A DNA stretch of 32,000 nucleotides, from assembly GCF_000284455.1 (NCBI RefSeq), contig NC_017039.1, positions 2,580,001 to 2,612,000 of the forward strand. The letters run 5' to 3'. Of the stretch, positions 7,678 to 17,838 are shown piece by piece. The notes under the pieces are model-generated. The model worked only from the letters and a program-made list of their open reading frames with translations, made no database searches and was not told the origin of the DNA. A program made the translations under genes and the position numbers. Within the stretch, counting starts at the first letter, position 1. Every line of letters starts with the position of its first letter. This DNA is from Synechocystis sp. PCC 6803 substr. PCC-P. Lineage in GTDB: Bacteria; Cyanobacteriota; Cyanobacteriia; Cyanobacteriales; Microcystaceae.

Positions 7678-9696
7678 ATGACATCTTCCTCCTCTTCCAA
7701 GAAAAGCCGTGCCGTTGCCCTACGAAATTATTTTTCCCCCTTCGGCAATAAATTGGTGGCGGGGGGCCATGTAGATGCTGAACAATTGCGACAGGCCCTA
7801 GTCCAGGTGAAAAAAACTGGGCGGTCTTTGCCCGAGGAACTTAAGGCAGTCACTGGCCGAGAATTGTCCCCAGAACTACTGCGGCAGTACAAAAAAAATC
7901 AGTTATTTGAGCTCAAAGTACTTTACGGGGTGGACAGCGTCGATCCGGAGGTTGCCCCGATCGCCACCCAGCAAATGGCCGAGTTGATTGGGCGATTTTT
8001 TCCTTTGGATACTTGTCGGCGATTCAAGTTTTTGCCCTTAGCCCAGCAGGAAGGCGACCCCCCCAGTGTGCTAGTGGCCATGGTGGACCCCGATAACTTG
8101 GCTGCCCAGGACGAGCTAAACCGAATTTTGCGGGTTAAAGGTTTTGAATTGCGCCGCTTGGTGGTCACCCAAGATGATTTTAACCAACTGTTGGAACAGT
8201 ACTATGCCATCCGGGAAGAGTGGGAGGCGGCCCAGGAAAAAAGGGACCAGGAAAGGGCCCTTGATAAACTTAATGATTTGACGGATATTGTCGGCTCCAT
8301 CGACATGAATCTGGGGGAGGACAAAGAAGATGTAGATAATGCTCTAGACTCCAACGATGCTAACCAAGCACCGGTGATTAACCTGGTCAACAAAATTTTG
8401 GCTAAGGCTCTCCAGGAAGGAACTTCCGACATTCACGTGGAGCCGCAGGAAGAAACCCTGAGAATTCGTTTCCGCAAGGATGGGGTTTTAAATCAGGCTT
8501 TCGATCCCCTGCCCCGCAAAATTACCCCCGCCGTGGTGGCCCGTTTTAAAATTATGGCGGACATGGACATTGCGGAGAGGCGATCGCCCCAGGATGGCAA
8601 AATTCGCCGTATTTACCAGGGCAGGAAGGTGGATTTTCGGGTTAATACCCTACCCAGCCGCTATGGGGAAAAGGTTTGTTTGCGGATTTTGGACAACTCC
8701 GCCACTCAGTTGGGCTTAGATTTTCTAATCACTAACCCCGAAACCCTACAAACGGTAAGGGAATTGGCCGCCCGGCCCTATGGCTTAATGTTGGTGACGG
8801 GGCCCACCGGATCGGGAAAATCCACCACCCTCTACTCGGTGTTGGCGGAACGCAATAGCCCCGAGGTGAATATCAACACAGCGGAGGACCCGATTGAGTA
8901 TGCTCTACCGGGCATTACCCAAGTGCAGGTGATTCGGGAAAAGGGCATGGATTTTTCCAATATTCTGCGGGCATTTATGCGTCAGGATCCCGATGTGATT
9001 CTGGTGGGGGAAACCAGGGATAAGGAGACGGCCAAAACGGCCATTGAGGCGGCTCTGACTGGACACTTAGTTCTCACTACTCTCCACACCAATGATGCGG
9101 CCGGGGCGATCGCCAGATTGGATGAAATGGGAGTGGAGCCGTTTATGGTTTCTGGGTCATTGTTGGGGGTGTTGGCCCAACGGCTGATGCGGAAAGTTTG
9201 TACGGAATGTCGCATTGCTTACCACCCTAGCAAGGAAGAATTGTCCCGCTTTGGGCTGTCCGCTTCCGGGGATGAAGTGGTTACTTTTTATAAAGCCAAT
9301 TCCCTCAGTCCCGACGAAATCCATCTTGCCCGTCAAAAAGGTAATTTATGTCAAAAATGTAGTGGCAGTGGCTATAAGGGTCGGGTGGGGGTCTATGAGG
9401 TGATGCGTAATTCTGAGCGTATTGCTGAATTGATTAACCAGGGGGCCACCACTGACCGCATTAAGGATTGTGCGGTGGAAGAGGGCATGATCACCCTATT
9501 GGCCTATAGTCTTAATTTAGTGCAGGAAGGCTACACCACCCTAGAGGAGGTGGAACGGGTCACTTTCACCGATACCGGACTGGAGTCAGAAATGCGGGCT
9601 AAGCGCAAGAGTGCTTTAACCTGTCGTACGTGTGCGGCGGAACTGCAACAGGAATGGCTTGATTGTCCCTATTGCATGACTTCCCGGTTTAGCTAA
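7678..9696 (+). CDS. pilB: type IV pilus assembly ATPase PilB (PilB1-type)
   Basis: Contains Walker A GPTGSGKST, Walker B/Asp box DPDVILVGETRD, His box GHLVLTTLHTNDA and the tetracysteine motif CTEC...CQKCSGSG. The GspE/PilB N-terminal domain is present. Confidence 0.95.
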   Translation: MTSSSSSKKSRAVALRNYFSPFGNKLVAGGHVDAEQLRQALVQVKKTGRSLPEELKAVTGRELSPELLRQYKKNQLFELKVLYGVDSVDPEVAPIATQQMAELIGRFFPLDTCRRFKFLPLAQQEGDPPSVLVAMVDPDNLAAQDELNRILRVKGFELRRLVVTQDDFNQLLEQYYAIREEWEAAQEKRDQERALDKLNDLTDIVGSIDMNLGEDKEDVDNALDSNDANQAPVINLVNKILAKALQEGTSDIHVEPQEETLRIRFRKDGVLNQAFDPLPRKITPAVVARFKIMADMDIAERRSPQDGKIRRIYQGRKVDFRVNTLPSRYGEKVCLRILDNSATQLGLDFLITNPETLQTVRELAARPYGLMLVTGPTGSGKSTTLYSVLAERNSPEVNINTAEDPIEYALPGITQVQVIREKGMDFSNILRAFMRQDPDVILVGETRDKETAKTAIEAALTGHLVLTTLHTNDAAGAIARLDEMGVEPFMVSGSLLGVLAQRLMRKVCTECRIAYHPSKEELSRFGLSASGDEVVTFYKANSLSPDEIHLARQKGNLCQKCSGSGYKGRVGVYEVMRNSERIAELINQGATTDRIKDCAVEEGMITLLAYSLNLVQEGYTTLEEVERVTFTDTGLESEMRAKRKSALTCRTCAAELQQEWLDCPYCMTSRFS

Positions 9697-9779
9697 ATAG
9701 CGATGGGGGTGAGGGGGGAATTAGCTCTGTCCATGGACCATTGATAGGTGCACTGTCTTCCATTCTTTACCATTGACCA

Positions 9780-10934
9780 ATGCCAGACACTAGCGCCTTT
9801 TCCGCAACAACTCGGCCCTATTTTGCCACTGTGGCCCGGGGACTGGAGGCGATCGCCGCCCAGGAGTTAACTGAATTGGGGGCAGAACAGGTAAAGCCAG
9901 AATTTGCTGGGGTTGCCTTCATTGGCGATCGGGCCCTACTGTACCGCATTAACCTCTGGTCTCGGTTAATTTATCGGGTGCTGATGCCCATGGCCACGGT
10001 CAAAGCCTTTAACGCCCAGGACCTATACCGCAGCATCAAAAAAATAGATTGGGACGAATATTTCAGCCCCGAGCAAACTTTACAAATTAACTGCACTGGC
10101 AAAAATCCCCAGCTTAACCATAGCCATTTCACCGCTCTTCAGGTGAAAAATGCCATTGTTGATCAACAGCGTGATCGCTATCAACGTCGTTCTAGTGTTG
10201 ACCTCGAGCAGCCAGATATAGTTATCAATGCCCACATTCACCAAAACCATTGTCAACTAAGTTTGGATAGTACGGGTTTTAGTCTGCACCGTCGGGGTTA
10301 TCGGCCTGCCCTGGGGAATGCCCCCCTGAAGGAGACCTTAGCTTCTGCTTTGTTAACTATGGCCGGATGGACTCCGGAACTCCCCCTTTATGATCCCCTC
10401 TGTGGCTCTGGTACTTTTCTCTTGGAAGCGGGGCTACAAAGTTTAAACATTGCTCCCGGCAAATTTCAGCCTGGTTTTTGTTTTCAGCAATGGCCCGATT
10501 TCGACCAAGACCTCTGGCATTCCCTCCTGCAAACAGCCAAGGCCGGGGAAAGGGATACCCTCCAAGCTCCCCTGTGGGGCAGTGACGGCGATCGGGAGGT
10601 AATTCAGGCGGCTAAGAGCAATGCCCAACAATGTCAGTTGGGAGGAAAAATCCATTGGCAAAAATTGAATTTTGCCGACATTGAACCACCGGCCGCCGAA
10701 GGAGTGCTAATTTGTAATCCTCCCTACGGTAAGCGCATTGGCCAAGAGGAAGCATTGGGGGATTTTTATCAACAAATAGGGGATGTGCTCAAGCAAAGAT
10801 TTAGGGGTTGGACAGCCTTCGTTTTCAGTGGAAACAAGGCTTTGACCAAACGCATTGGCTTAAGAACCTCTGCCCGTTTTCCCGTTAACAATGGCGGTCT
10901 ACCCTGCACTCTGTTGAAGTATGAACTTTACTGA
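9780..10934 (+). CDS. THUMP-domain class I SAM-dependent RNA methyltransferase (RlmL/YpsC-like)
   Basis: An N-terminal THUMP-like region is followed by the methyltransferase motif I DPLCGSGTFLLEA and the amino-methyltransferase motif IV NPPYG. Confidence 0.85.
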   Translation: MPDTSAFSATTRPYFATVARGLEAIAAQELTELGAEQVKPEFAGVAFIGDRALLYRINLWSRLIYRVLMPMATVKAFNAQDLYRSIKKIDWDEYFSPEQTLQINCTGKNPQLNHSHFTALQVKNAIVDQQRDRYQRRSSVDLEQPDIVINAHIHQNHCQLSLDSTGFSLHRRGYRPALGNAPLKETLASALLTMAGWTPELPLYDPLCGSGTFLLEAGLQSLNIAPGKFQPGFCFQQWPDFDQDLWHSLLQTAKAGERDTLQAPLWGSDGDREVIQAAKSNAQQCQLGGKIHWQKLNFADIEPPAAEGVLICNPPYGKRIGQEEALGDFYQQIGDVLKQRFRGWTAFVFSGNKALTKRIGLRTSARFPVNNGGLPCTLLKYELY

Positions 10935-11155
10935 AGTTGCCACATTGAATTATTGATTATTGAAAATTTTTAACGGTAACAATTAACCAATTTGCAATTG
11001 TTGGTGTTGTCTCCAGTTTGCTCCCCTACTCTGACCCTATTTCGTCCTTGGGTGGGTCAGGAGATCCCGAAAAATGCCACCATAATGGGTTAGTAGTTGA
11101 TTTCTCTTCTTTCTCTCCAACTACTGCTTACCATAAAGTTTTTGCTGTTTTCACC

Positions 11156-11794
11156 ATGACCGATCGCCGTCAGTATGCTCCCGCTACCCAACGCAACCGA
11201 GAGACGATCGCCGCTGTTTTGCAGGAGTATCTCCCCTCCCAAGGCAGTATTTTAGAAATTGCCAGTGGCACCGGGGAACATGCTTGCTTTTTTGCGCCCC
11301 TATTTTCCCCCCGTTGGTGGATTACGTCTGACCCAGACCCCCTTTGCCGGGAAAGTATCATGGCCTGGCGAGACCATCAAGCATTGGCCAATTTTCAGTC
11401 ACCTTTGGATTTGGACGTTAATGACCAGGTTTGGCCAGTGGAGCGAGAAATATTACGGGAACCCGTTACTAGTATTGTGGCCATCAACTTGATTCATATT
11501 TCCCCCTGGGAATCCTGCTTAGGGTTACTAACTGGGGCAGAACGCATTTTGCCGGAGGGGGGCATCCTCTATCTCTACGGCCCTTACCGCCAAAAGGGAG
11601 TACCAACGGCTCCTAGCAATGAAGCGTTTGATCAATCGTTGCAAAGTCGTAACCCAGCTTGGGGTTTGAGGCAGTTGGAAGATGTGATTGGGGAAGCGGG
11701 AAAGAGAAATTTACACAATCAAGCAATAATTCCCATGCCTGCTAACAATTTATCGGTAATTTTCCAGAAGGGGTCAGGGCAAAATTCTGGTTAA
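11156..11794 (+). CDS. DUF938-type SAM-dependent methyltransferase
   Basis: APATQRNRETIAAVLQEYLP...ILEIASGTGEH matches the DUF938 N-terminal signature as I recall it. The track ORF begins at TTG 11018, but the conserved region begins right after ATG 11156. Confidence 0.75.
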   Translation: MTDRRQYAPATQRNRETIAAVLQEYLPSQGSILEIASGTGEHACFFAPLFSPRWWITSDPDPLCRESIMAWRDHQALANFQSPLDLDVNDQVWPVEREILREPVTSIVAINLIHISPWESCLGLLTGAERILPEGGILYLYGPYRQKGVPTAPSNEAFDQSLQSRNPAWGLRQLEDVIGEAGKRNLHNQAIIPMPANNLSVIFQKGSGQNSG

Positions 11795-11881
11795 TATTCA
11801 TTACTCACAGTCGGGAATTGCTGGGTAATCCGTTGCTAAAAATCCAGTAGATTTGACTAGATTCCATTTCCCTACCCTGCC

Positions 11882-12988
11882 ATGATCTCAGACCAAACCC
11901 ATATGCGTCGTTGCCTAACCCTGGCAAAAACGGCGATCGGCAAAACAGCCCCCAATCCCCTGGTGGGGTCGGTCATTGTCCAGGGAGACGAGATTGTCGG
12001 CCAAGGTTTCCATCCCCAAGCGGGGCAGCCCCATGGGGAAATTTTTGCCCTCTGGGAAGCTGGCGATCGGGCCAAGGGAGCGACTCTATACGTCAATTTG
12101 GAGCCCTGTAACCATCAAGGTCGTACTCCCCCTTGTACAGAAGCAATTATTCAAGCGGGGATCGCCAAGGTGGTGGTGGGCATGGTGGACCCCAATCCTT
12201 TGGTGGCGGGTAAAGGTATTAGTCGATTGAGACAGGCCGGCATTGAGGTGAAGGTGGGGGTGGAAGAGGAAGCTTGTCAGCGACTGAATGAGGCTTTTTG
12301 CTTTCGCATCAAGCATCAACGACCCTTTGGCATTTTCAAATACGCCATGACTTTGGACGGCAAAATTGCCACTGCCCAGGCCCATAGCAGTTGGGTGACT
12401 AGTAGCTCGGCTCGTCATTGGGTTCATCAATTACGCAGTCAATGTCAGGCGGTGATTATTGGGGGGAATACGGTGCGGCGGGATAATCCTTTGTTAACGA
12501 ATCATGGGGTGGGCGAGGTGAATCCTTTGCGCGTGGTGTTGAGTCGTAGTTTAGATTTACCCATAGAGGCTCAATTGTGGGATCAAGATGTAGCTAAAAC
12601 TTTGGTTATTACGGAAAAAACCTGTGATCGAAATACGCTTAGCCATCTAGAAAAATTAGAGGTAGAAACCCTAGTGTTGGAGCAATTAACTCCCTTGGCG
12701 GTGATGGAAGAGTTATATCAACGGAACTGTTTGCAGGTGTTGTGGGAATGTGGCGGTATTCTCGCTGCTGAGGCGATCGCCATGGGGACAGTGCAAAAAG
12801 TCCATGCTTTTCTGGCCCCGAAAATTATTGGTGGGGTTGCAGCCCCGACTCCGGTGGGGGAACTGGGTTTTCAACAAATGACCCAAGCGTTGAATTTAAC
12901 TGATCTCCATTGCCAGGCAATCGGGCCCGATTGGTTATTTACGGGCTACCTATGCGGGAACGACGACAACGGTCAGAGCAATATTTAA
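11882..12988 (+). CDS. ribD: bifunctional riboflavin biosynthesis protein RibD (pyrimidine deaminase / uracil reductase)
   Basis: Has the deaminase zinc motifs (H-x-E...PCNHQGRTPPC) and a C-terminal reductase domain (KYAMTLDGKIA...GGNTVRRDNPLLT). Confidence 0.95.
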   Translation: MISDQTHMRRCLTLAKTAIGKTAPNPLVGSVIVQGDEIVGQGFHPQAGQPHGEIFALWEAGDRAKGATLYVNLEPCNHQGRTPPCTEAIIQAGIAKVVVGMVDPNPLVAGKGISRLRQAGIEVKVGVEEEACQRLNEAFCFRIKHQRPFGIFKYAMTLDGKIATAQAHSSWVTSSSARHWVHQLRSQCQAVIIGGNTVRRDNPLLTNHGVGEVNPLRVVLSRSLDLPIEAQLWDQDVAKTLVITEKTCDRNTLSHLEKLEVETLVLEQLTPLAVMEELYQRNCLQVLWECGGILAAEAIAMGTVQKVHAFLAPKIIGGVAAPTPVGELGFQQMTQALNLTDLHCQAIGPDWLFTGYLCGNDDNGQSNI

Positions 12989-13106
12989 CTTCGTCCCAAC
13001 AATTGGCCCATTTTTTCCGCCAGGTGAAGGGACGCTGGCAAACGGGACAAATTTTGCTGGGCAGATGGGCTTTGTTACCTCGGTGGGCCATGGTTATTAA
13101 CCTCGA

Positions 13107-14393
13107 TCAATCCTCTGCTGGTAAAGCAATAACCTTGCCGTAGGCAGTGGGGGACAGGTAAGTTTGGGCTGATTTTTGTAGATCTGCGGCCGTTAAAGCT
13201 TGAATTTGCACGGGGTAGGTCAAGGCCGGTTCTAAATCGCCAATTTGGGCGTAGTAATAACCATATAAATTAGCCCGATCGCCGGGGCGTTCATTACCGA
13301 AAATAAAACGATTGGCCACTTGGGTGCGGATGCGTTCTAAATCCTTTTCTGGAATGGGTTCATTTTGTAGTCGCTCAATATGGTCTAGGATGTATTGCTC
13401 TACCATGGGAATATTTTCCGCTGGTAACTGGGCCGAAATGTAGAACATACCCTGGGTAGCCTGGGTGGAATTACTGGCACCGATCGCCGTCACTAAACCC
13501 TTTTCTTCCCGCAATTCCCTAAACAAACGCGACACTCTTCCCCGACCCAAAATCACCGCTAAGACCCCCAGGGGCAAAGTTTTCTCAAACTGGTCTAACC
13601 CTGGCGATCGCCAGAGCAAAATTAGACGGGCCTGTTGCAAACTGTCATCCACCACCGTGGTCGTTTCTACCTTAGTGAAAGGCGGCGGAATATTAACCAG
13701 CGGGGGCATTAGGGTTTGGGAAGGGGATTTGACCCGGTAACAATCGGCAAAACTGCGGGCTACAGTTTCCACCAAATTACCAACGGACTGATTGCCCACC
13801 ACCGTCACTGTCATGGCTGGGGGCTGGTACCAATGGGCGTGGAAATCCCGCATTTGTTGAGCTTGGAGATTTTCGATAATTTCCCGCCGTCCCAAAACAG
13901 GGCGAGCATAGGGAGTGCCGGGAAAAGCCAACTGCACCACCTGCTGAAAAATGCGTCGCTGGGGATCATCCTGCGATCGCCGAATTTCCTCTAGCACCAC
14001 TAACCGTTCCCGTTCAAAGGGTCCATCGGCAATGGTGGGATTGAGCACCACATCCAGCTGTAAAGGGGCCAAATGCTCAAAATCCTGGGGCGCAGAGGTG
14101 AAGTAAAACTGGGTGTAATCCTGGCTGGTGGCCGCATTGGTGCCCGCCCCCCTTGATTCAATGGCCCGCTCAAATTCCCCCATGGCCAGGCGGGGAGTAC
14201 CTTTAAACACCATATGTTCTAAAAAGTGAGCAGTACCGTTAATTTCATCTCCCTCCCAGCGAGAACCCACCCTCAACCAGAGCTGAAAAGATATGGCTTC
14301 CACCGGCATCTGCTCCGCAATAATGGTCAAACCATTAGGCAACACTTCAACATGGGGCAGATTGAGGCGGGGAGGCAATAGGCTGGGGGTCAT
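13107..14393 (-). CDS. M16-family zinc metallopeptidase (pitrilysin/processing-protease type)
   Basis: The inverted zinc-binding motif HFLEHMVFKGT (HxxEH) sits near the N-terminus. The two-domain length of 428 aa is typical of M16B. Confidence 0.9.
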   Translation of the reverse strand: MTPSLLPPRLNLPHVEVLPNGLTIIAEQMPVEAISFQLWLRVGSRWEGDEINGTAHFLEHMVFKGTPRLAMGEFERAIESRGAGTNAATSQDYTQFYFTSAPQDFEHLAPLQLDVVLNPTIADGPFERERLVVLEEIRRSQDDPQRRIFQQVVQLAFPGTPYARPVLGRREIIENLQAQQMRDFHAHWYQPPAMTVTVVGNQSVGNLVETVARSFADCYRVKSPSQTLMPPLVNIPPPFTKVETTTVVDDSLQQARLILLWRSPGLDQFEKTLPLGVLAVILGRGRVSRLFRELREEKGLVTAIGASNSTQATQGMFYISAQLPAENIPMVEQYILDHIERLQNEPIPEKDLERIRTQVANRFIFGNERPGDRANLYGYYYAQIGDLEPALTYPVQIQALTAADLQKSAQTYLSPTAYGKVIALPAED

Positions 14394-14613
14394 GGAGGAA
14401 AACGGATAGGGTTTGCTCTATGTCTCTTTCCACTCTGACACAATGCTTAGGTTTGGGGGGAATTTTCTTCTCTTTGCTGAGACCCTGCCCAATGGTAAAG
14501 CTTAACTATTCCTGGGGGGTAAACCGCTGGAACCTGCCCAAAAACCTTTAAGATCAAGGGGTGGACTGTAATCCCCAAGAGAATTCTCCCAATTTTTGTC
14601 ATCATTTGCCACT

Positions 14614-15675
14614 ATGCTAACCACCGATGCCGTTTTAACTGTACTCCGTCCCGTTCAAGACCCCGAACTACAAAAAAGCTTAGTGGAACTGAACATGATC
14701 CGGGATGTGGCGATCGCCGGGGGCACTGTTAGTTTCACCCTGGTGTTGACCACACCGGCCTGTCCTTTGCGGGAATTCATTGTGGAGGATTGCGAAAAGG
14801 CGGTGAAAACTTTGCCGGGGGTGGAAAAGGTGGAAGTAAAGGTGACGGCGGAAACCCCCCAGCAAAAATCCTTGCCCGATCGCCAATCGGTGGGACAAGT
14901 GAAAAATATCATTGCCATCTCCAGCGGCAAAGGGGGAGTGGGGAAAAGCACTGTGGCGGTGAATGTGGCCGTGGCCCTGGCCCAAACTGGAGCGGCGGTG
15001 GGACTATTGGATGCAGACATTTATGGTCCCAATGCCCCCACCATGTTAGGTCTAAGCGGTGCGGCGGTACAGGTGCAAAATAGCCCCCAGGGGGAAGTGC
15101 TGGAGCCAGTGTTTAACCATGGCATCAAAATGGTTTCCATGGGCTTTTTAATTGATCCAGACCAACCAGTAATTTGGCGGGGCCCCATGTTGAACGGCAT
15201 TATCCGTCAGTTCCTCTACCAAGTTAATTGGGGAGCCTTGGATTACCTGATCGTGGATATGCCCCCCGGTACCGGCGATGCCCAGCTTACCCTAACTCAA
15301 TCGGTGCCCATGGCCGGTGCAGTCATTGTCACCACCCCCCAAACTGTCTCTTTGTTGGATGCCCGCCGGGGTTTGAAAATGTTCCAACAAATGGGGGTAA
15401 ACGTGTTGGGCATTGTGGAAAATATGAGCTACTTTATTCCTCCGGATCTGCCGGATCGCCAATATGATCTCTTCGGTTCCGGCGGCGGCGAAAAAGCTTC
15501 CAAGGAATTGAATGTACCCCTATTGGGCTGTGTCCCGTTGGAAATTGGCCTACGGGAGGGGGGAGACAAAGGCGTTCCCATTGTGGTTTCCCAGCCCGAA
15601 TCAGCCTCGGCCAAAGCCCTCACGGCGATCGCCAAACAAATTGCCGGCAAGGTTTCCATGGCAGCCCTGGTTTAG
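14614..15675 (+). CDS. mrp: Mrp/ApbC/NBP35-family Fe-S cluster carrier ATPase with N-terminal DUF59 domain
   Basis: Deviant Walker A SGKGGVGKST is preceded by a MIP18/DUF59-like domain (VLRPVQDPELQKSLVELNMIRDV). The track start at 14596 is TTG, and ATG 14614 is preferred. Confidence 0.92.
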   Translation: MLTTDAVLTVLRPVQDPELQKSLVELNMIRDVAIAGGTVSFTLVLTTPACPLREFIVEDCEKAVKTLPGVEKVEVKVTAETPQQKSLPDRQSVGQVKNIIAISSGKGGVGKSTVAVNVAVALAQTGAAVGLLDADIYGPNAPTMLGLSGAAVQVQNSPQGEVLEPVFNHGIKMVSMGFLIDPDQPVIWRGPMLNGIIRQFLYQVNWGALDYLIVDMPPGTGDAQLTLTQSVPMAGAVIVTTPQTVSLLDARRGLKMFQQMGVNVLGIVENMSYFIPPDLPDRQYDLFGSGGGEKASKELNVPLLGCVPLEIGLREGGDKGVPIVVSQPESASAKALTAIAKQIAGKVSMAALV

Positions 15676-15677
15676 CA

Positions 15678-17024
15678 CTAGGGTGTTAAATGCTCTTCGA
15701 TGAAATTGGTGTACACATCCCCGGCCAGAAAAGCTGGGGTTTGTAGTATGCGCTGGTGAAATTCCAATGTGGTGGGTACTCCAGTGATGGCGCATTCCCG
15801 CAAGGCTCTCTGCATTCTCTTGATGGCCGAAGGGCGATCGCCAGCCCAAACAATTAATTTGCCGATCAGGGAATCGTAGTAGGGAGGGATTTCATAGTCG
15901 GTGTAAACGTGGGAATCAATGCGGACTCCGGGGCCACCGGGGGGGAGATAAGCACTGATTTTGCCGGGGTGGGGGCGAAAATTTTGTTTGGGATCTTCAG
16001 CATTAATGCGGCATTCAATGGCATGGCCACGAATTTCCACGTCGGACTGGCGGAAGCGGAGTTTTTCTCCCATGGCAATGCGGATTTGTTCCGAAATCAA
16101 GTCATAGCCGGTAATCATTTCTGTAACCGGATGCTCCACCTGAATGCGGGTGTTCATTTCCATAAAGTAGAAATTACCGTTACCATCCACCAAAAATTCC
16201 ACTGTGCCGGCTCCGACGTAGTTAATGGATTTGGCCGCTTTCACCGCCGCCTCCCCCATTTTTTTCCGCAAGTGGGGAGTCAAAAAGGGACTAGGGGCTT
16301 CTTCGAGTAACTTTTGATGTCGCCGTTGGATGGAACAATCCCTTTCCCCCAGGTGCACTACGTTACCGTGGCTATCGGCCAAAATTTGGAACTCAATATG
16401 GCGGGGTTTTTCAATGAATTTTTCCAGGTAAACCCCTGGATTGCCAAAGGCCGCCCCTGCTTCCCCCTGGGCCGCATGGAACAGTTTGAGAAAATCCTTT
16501 TCTTCCTGGACGAGGCGCATCCCCCTACCGCCGCCCCCAGCTGTGGCTTTAATAATTACCGGGTAACCAATTTCCGCTGCAATTTTTAGGGCCGTTGCTT
16601 CCGACTCAATCAAGCCCGGACTGCCAGGCACACAGGGCACACCGGACTTTTGCATGGTTTTCTTGGCGGTGGATTTATCCCCCATGGCGGTGATGGCTTC
16701 AGGGCTGGGGCCGATGAAAGTAATTTGATGGTCGGCACAAATTTCAGCAAAGCGGGCATTTTCCGCTAAAAATCCGTAACCAGGGTGAATGGCAGTGGCG
16801 TTGCGGGTGAGGGCGGCGGCAATGATATTGGGAATGTTGAGATAGCTTTTATTGCTGGGGGGTGGCCCAATGCACACACTCTCGTTGGCTAGTTGCACGT
16901 GGAGGGCATGGCGATCGATGGTGGAGTGGACTGCCACGGTGGGAATGCCCAATTCTTCGCAACTGTGAATGATGCGTAGGGCGATCTCTCCCCGATTGGC
17001 AATTAAAATTTTGGCGAATTGCAT
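15678..17024 (-). CDS. accC: acetyl-CoA carboxylase biotin carboxylase subunit
   Basis: [14 protein letters not shown], the ATP-grasp core GGGGRGMR and the biotin carboxylase C-terminal domain are present. The protein is 448 aa. Confidence 0.98.
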   Translation of the reverse strand: MQFAKILIANRGEIALRIIHSCEELGIPTVAVHSTIDRHALHVQLANESVCIGPPPSNKSYLNIPNIIAAALTRNATAIHPGYGFLAENARFAEICADHQITFIGPSPEAITAMGDKSTAKKTMQKSGVPCVPGSPGLIESEATALKIAAEIGYPVIIKATAGGGGRGMRLVQEEKDFLKLFHAAQGEAGAAFGNPGVYLEKFIEKPRHIEFQILADSHGNVVHLGERDCSIQRRHQKLLEEAPSPFLTPHLRKKMGEAAVKAAKSINYVGAGTVEFLVDGNGNFYFMEMNTRIQVEHPVTEMITGYDLISEQIRIAMGEKLRFRQSDVEIRGHAIECRINAEDPKQNFRPHPGKISAYLPPGGPGVRIDSHVYTDYEIPPYYDSLIGKLIVWAGDRPSAIKRMQRALRECAITGVPTTLEFHQRILQTPAFLAGDVYTNFIEEHLTP

Positions 17025-17141
17025 TGGCCCACCCAGCTCTAGCGTTGGAAAACGATGTGTTTAGTCTTTTAGTAGAATATCGGGTTTTGTTGACTAGGCG
17101 ATCGCCGATATACTGACCCCGCGTCCCCATTCCCATTGCCC

Positions 17142-17801
17142 ATGACTTCCCCACCAACTCCAGACCAGGCCGCCGATGAGTATTTTGAGTATCATTTTGC
17201 CCATCGGGTCACCCCGGACCACCACGAAATTTTTCTGGAATGCCAAGAACAGTTAAAAATATTAGTAACAAAATATCCTGGTTATATTAGCAGTGAATCC
17301 ACGGAATTAAGATCTGAAGGGGATATTTTTGTAGCGGAGACTGTAATCCGTTTTGATACACTGGAAAACTTTATGGGCTGGATAGATAGCCCGGAAAGAA
17401 GGCAACTAATTTACCTAGAAGAAAATGCTGGTTATCAGTTTGAAGGTAAAGTTAATACGGAAGGTTACAGTCGTTGGCTAAAACGCAAGTTGAGCAAACC
17501 TTCCCCTGTGTGGAAAATCAATCTTTTGGTGTTGTTGGTGCTTTATCCCACTGTGATGGGCTTTAACCTATTATTCCGTAAACCGGATTTTATCGACTTT
17601 CCCACCTGGATGCTATTTGGTAATTTTTGTAGCGTCTCTATCACGGGTTGGTTTGCGGTACCTTGGGTCAGTGGCATTTATCAACGCTGGCTAGAAGGTC
17701 AAGGCACAAAAAAAGAGCAAGCACTGGCTTTAGTAACCATTATTCTTGCCCTGCTTTTACTACTGCAATTTTTCCGGGTAATTTTCCAACAATTGGCCTA
17801 A
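17142..17801 (+). CDS. hypothetical protein: ABM-like (antibiotic biosynthesis monooxygenase fold) N-terminal domain fused to about 3 TM helices
   Basis: The N-terminal ~100 aa look ABM-like (PGYISSE...RFDTLENFMGWIDSPERR). The C-terminal half is hydrophobic (INLLVLLVLYPTVMGF, FGNFCSVSITGWFAVPWV, ALVTIILALLLLLQFF). The track start at 17136 is TTG, and ATG is at 17142. Confidence 0.6.
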   Translation: MTSPPTPDQAADEYFEYHFAHRVTPDHHEIFLECQEQLKILVTKYPGYISSESTELRSEGDIFVAETVIRFDTLENFMGWIDSPERRQLIYLEENAGYQFEGKVNTEGYSRWLKRKLSKPSPVWKINLLVLLVLYPTVMGFNLLFRKPDFIDFPTWMLFGNFCSVSITGWFAVPWVSGIYQRWLEGQGTKKEQALALVTIILALLLLLQFFRVIFQQLA

Positions 17802-17838
17802 AAAATAACGCTACATTTTTGGTAAGATTTGTACCAAT

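Noticed and set aside
11018-11155. A TTG-initiated 46-codon N-terminal extension of the DUF938 methyltransferase.
   Set aside because: The extension is low-complexity (SSLGGSGDPEK...SSFSPTT). The family-typical N-terminus (APATQRNRE) follows immediately after ATG 11156.
14655-15083. Antisense and out-of-frame ORFs (97-121 aa) inside the mrp/apbC gene. Similar ORFs occur inside accC, proA-like, uvrB, cph1 and pilB.
   Set aside because: These are shadow ORFs within confidently assigned genes. Their translations are Gly/Pro/Arg/Ser-rich with no domain signatures.
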